Shown here piece by piece: positions 62,790 to 64,000 of a stretch of 64,000 nucleotides of DNA. The position numbers and the translations under genes were made by a program. The notes beneath the pieces were generated by a model. The model did not search any database. It was not told the origin of the DNA and saw only the letters and a list, made by a program, of their open reading frames with translations. Source of the stretch: Syncephalis fuscata S228 (taxonomy: Eukaryota; Fungi; Zoopagomycota). Position 1 is the stretch's first letter. Each line of letters starts with the position of its first letter. The stretch is taken from contig JAHLTZ010000047.1 of the NCBI GenBank assembly GCA_025786725.1, forward strand, positions 62,001 to 126,000, read 5' to 3'.

Positions 62790-63560
62790 AATGTCAGTAG
62801 TTATTTGACTACTAGTTAGATACACACACCTTCTACACTATGTACTTGCCTTGCCTTTTGTAATTACCTTCATTGCTTTGATAATTGGTATTGGCAACTT
62901 CTTTGACACGGTAAGTGCATTCCTGGCTTGTTTTTATGTTATGTTGCATATATGCTGTGAAATCTCGTTGTATGCTTTGTCTTTACTGTGACTACCACTG
63001 CAGATCGCACTGCTGTATTGGCATTGAATAAATATTCAGCGGCTATACTAGCAGTGCTTTCAATATTGCCGCTGTTGTATATGCACGACTGCCAGCACGA
63101 CGAATGTAACGACTATATGCTGCCAAAGCTACTATATACTTTGGATTGCTATAGCTTGCCACTCTAGATTGTGCTGGCAACAGCATACACAGTGGTCATA
63201 CTAAAGTGCAATCTACCACTGTTTCCAAAACAATCTGCGGCGGCATTCTATAGTAAAAGCAGAGCATACAACAGATTTGGCAGCATACAGTCACCGTAAT
63301 CACCATGTACAGCTGCTATACACATACAGCAGCAATAGCAGCATATCGTACTGCTCGTATAGTCGCTGAGCAAGTTTTCAGTGCTGGAACAACAATGCGA
63401 TCTACTGTTGTTGCTACTGTTGTATATGCATACAGAATAATAAATCTACAATAATGAGTATTTTGATGGCTGGTGTCATCCACCACCCAGCTCCATCTTT
63501 AATAAAACGAATGTCTAGTTCAATTATACCAATGTTATTAAATGTAGTCATTTGGCTCAC
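62790..63560 (+). pseudogene. Possible decayed membrane-protein gene
   Basis: Hydrophobic coding-like fragments, one GTAAGT...CAG intron (~62911-63003), many stops. Confidence 0.25.
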
Positions 63561-64000
63561 AAACCATACTGAATGTTTAACAAACTTTTTAATAACAATA
63601 GCAGAAATTAATTAGTTAATTAAATCAGTGATACTATTGTTTAAATGAATAGTGTGCTTAGTATTGAATGTAGTTGTAGTCTAGTTATGTAACATCAATA
63701 AATTCAAACCAAATAAATAATATTACTTTAATCGTAAAGCAAATACTAAGCGTAAAATTAAATAGACAATAGCAATGCTGCCATTAATATAATATCATAT
63801 TGTGTCAATAAACATTCCATACACTTTGTTAAAATCATTTAGTTCAACATACATAATATCCTTCTTTGCTATTACTGATGCTTCATTTATTTAACCAATG
63901 CATTCAAAAGCATGCAATAACAGCACCAATCAACACTTGGTGGGGTAAAAAACCAAATGGATACACATTTCTTTCATTTGGAAAACCGTACCAAGCGATA

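Overview
Intron-rich, AT-rich eukaryotic DNA. The gene set (clathrin heavy chain, kinesin-8, PHO80-like cyclin, PAQR, Barentsz/CASC3, phosphorylase-kinase regulatory subunit, PsuG-PfkB fusion) and short GT-AG introns point to an early-diverging fungus. The secreted kinase-like and F-box/7TM families resemble Zoopagomycota such as Syncephalis (inference only). Conserved housekeeping genes alternate with accessory, effector-like genes: four signal-peptide kinase-fold genes, a catalytically dead secreted subtilisin and a tiny CxxC-x6-CxxC peptide. There are also two Fanzor/TnpB transposon remnants. The main discovery is invisible in the ORF track: 31.6-34.0 kb (minus strand) is a ~29-exon micro-exon gene. 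A signal-peptide exon is followed by 25 exons of only 3 or 6 nt, each with canonical YAG/GT borders, spaced ~80 nt apart. The first 20 splice into a stop-free 38-aa peptide in phase 1 only. This resembles schistosome micro-exon genes (MEGs), here in a fungus. The assembly appears to carry scattered single-base deletions (even in clathrin), so several frameshifts are probably sequencing errors.
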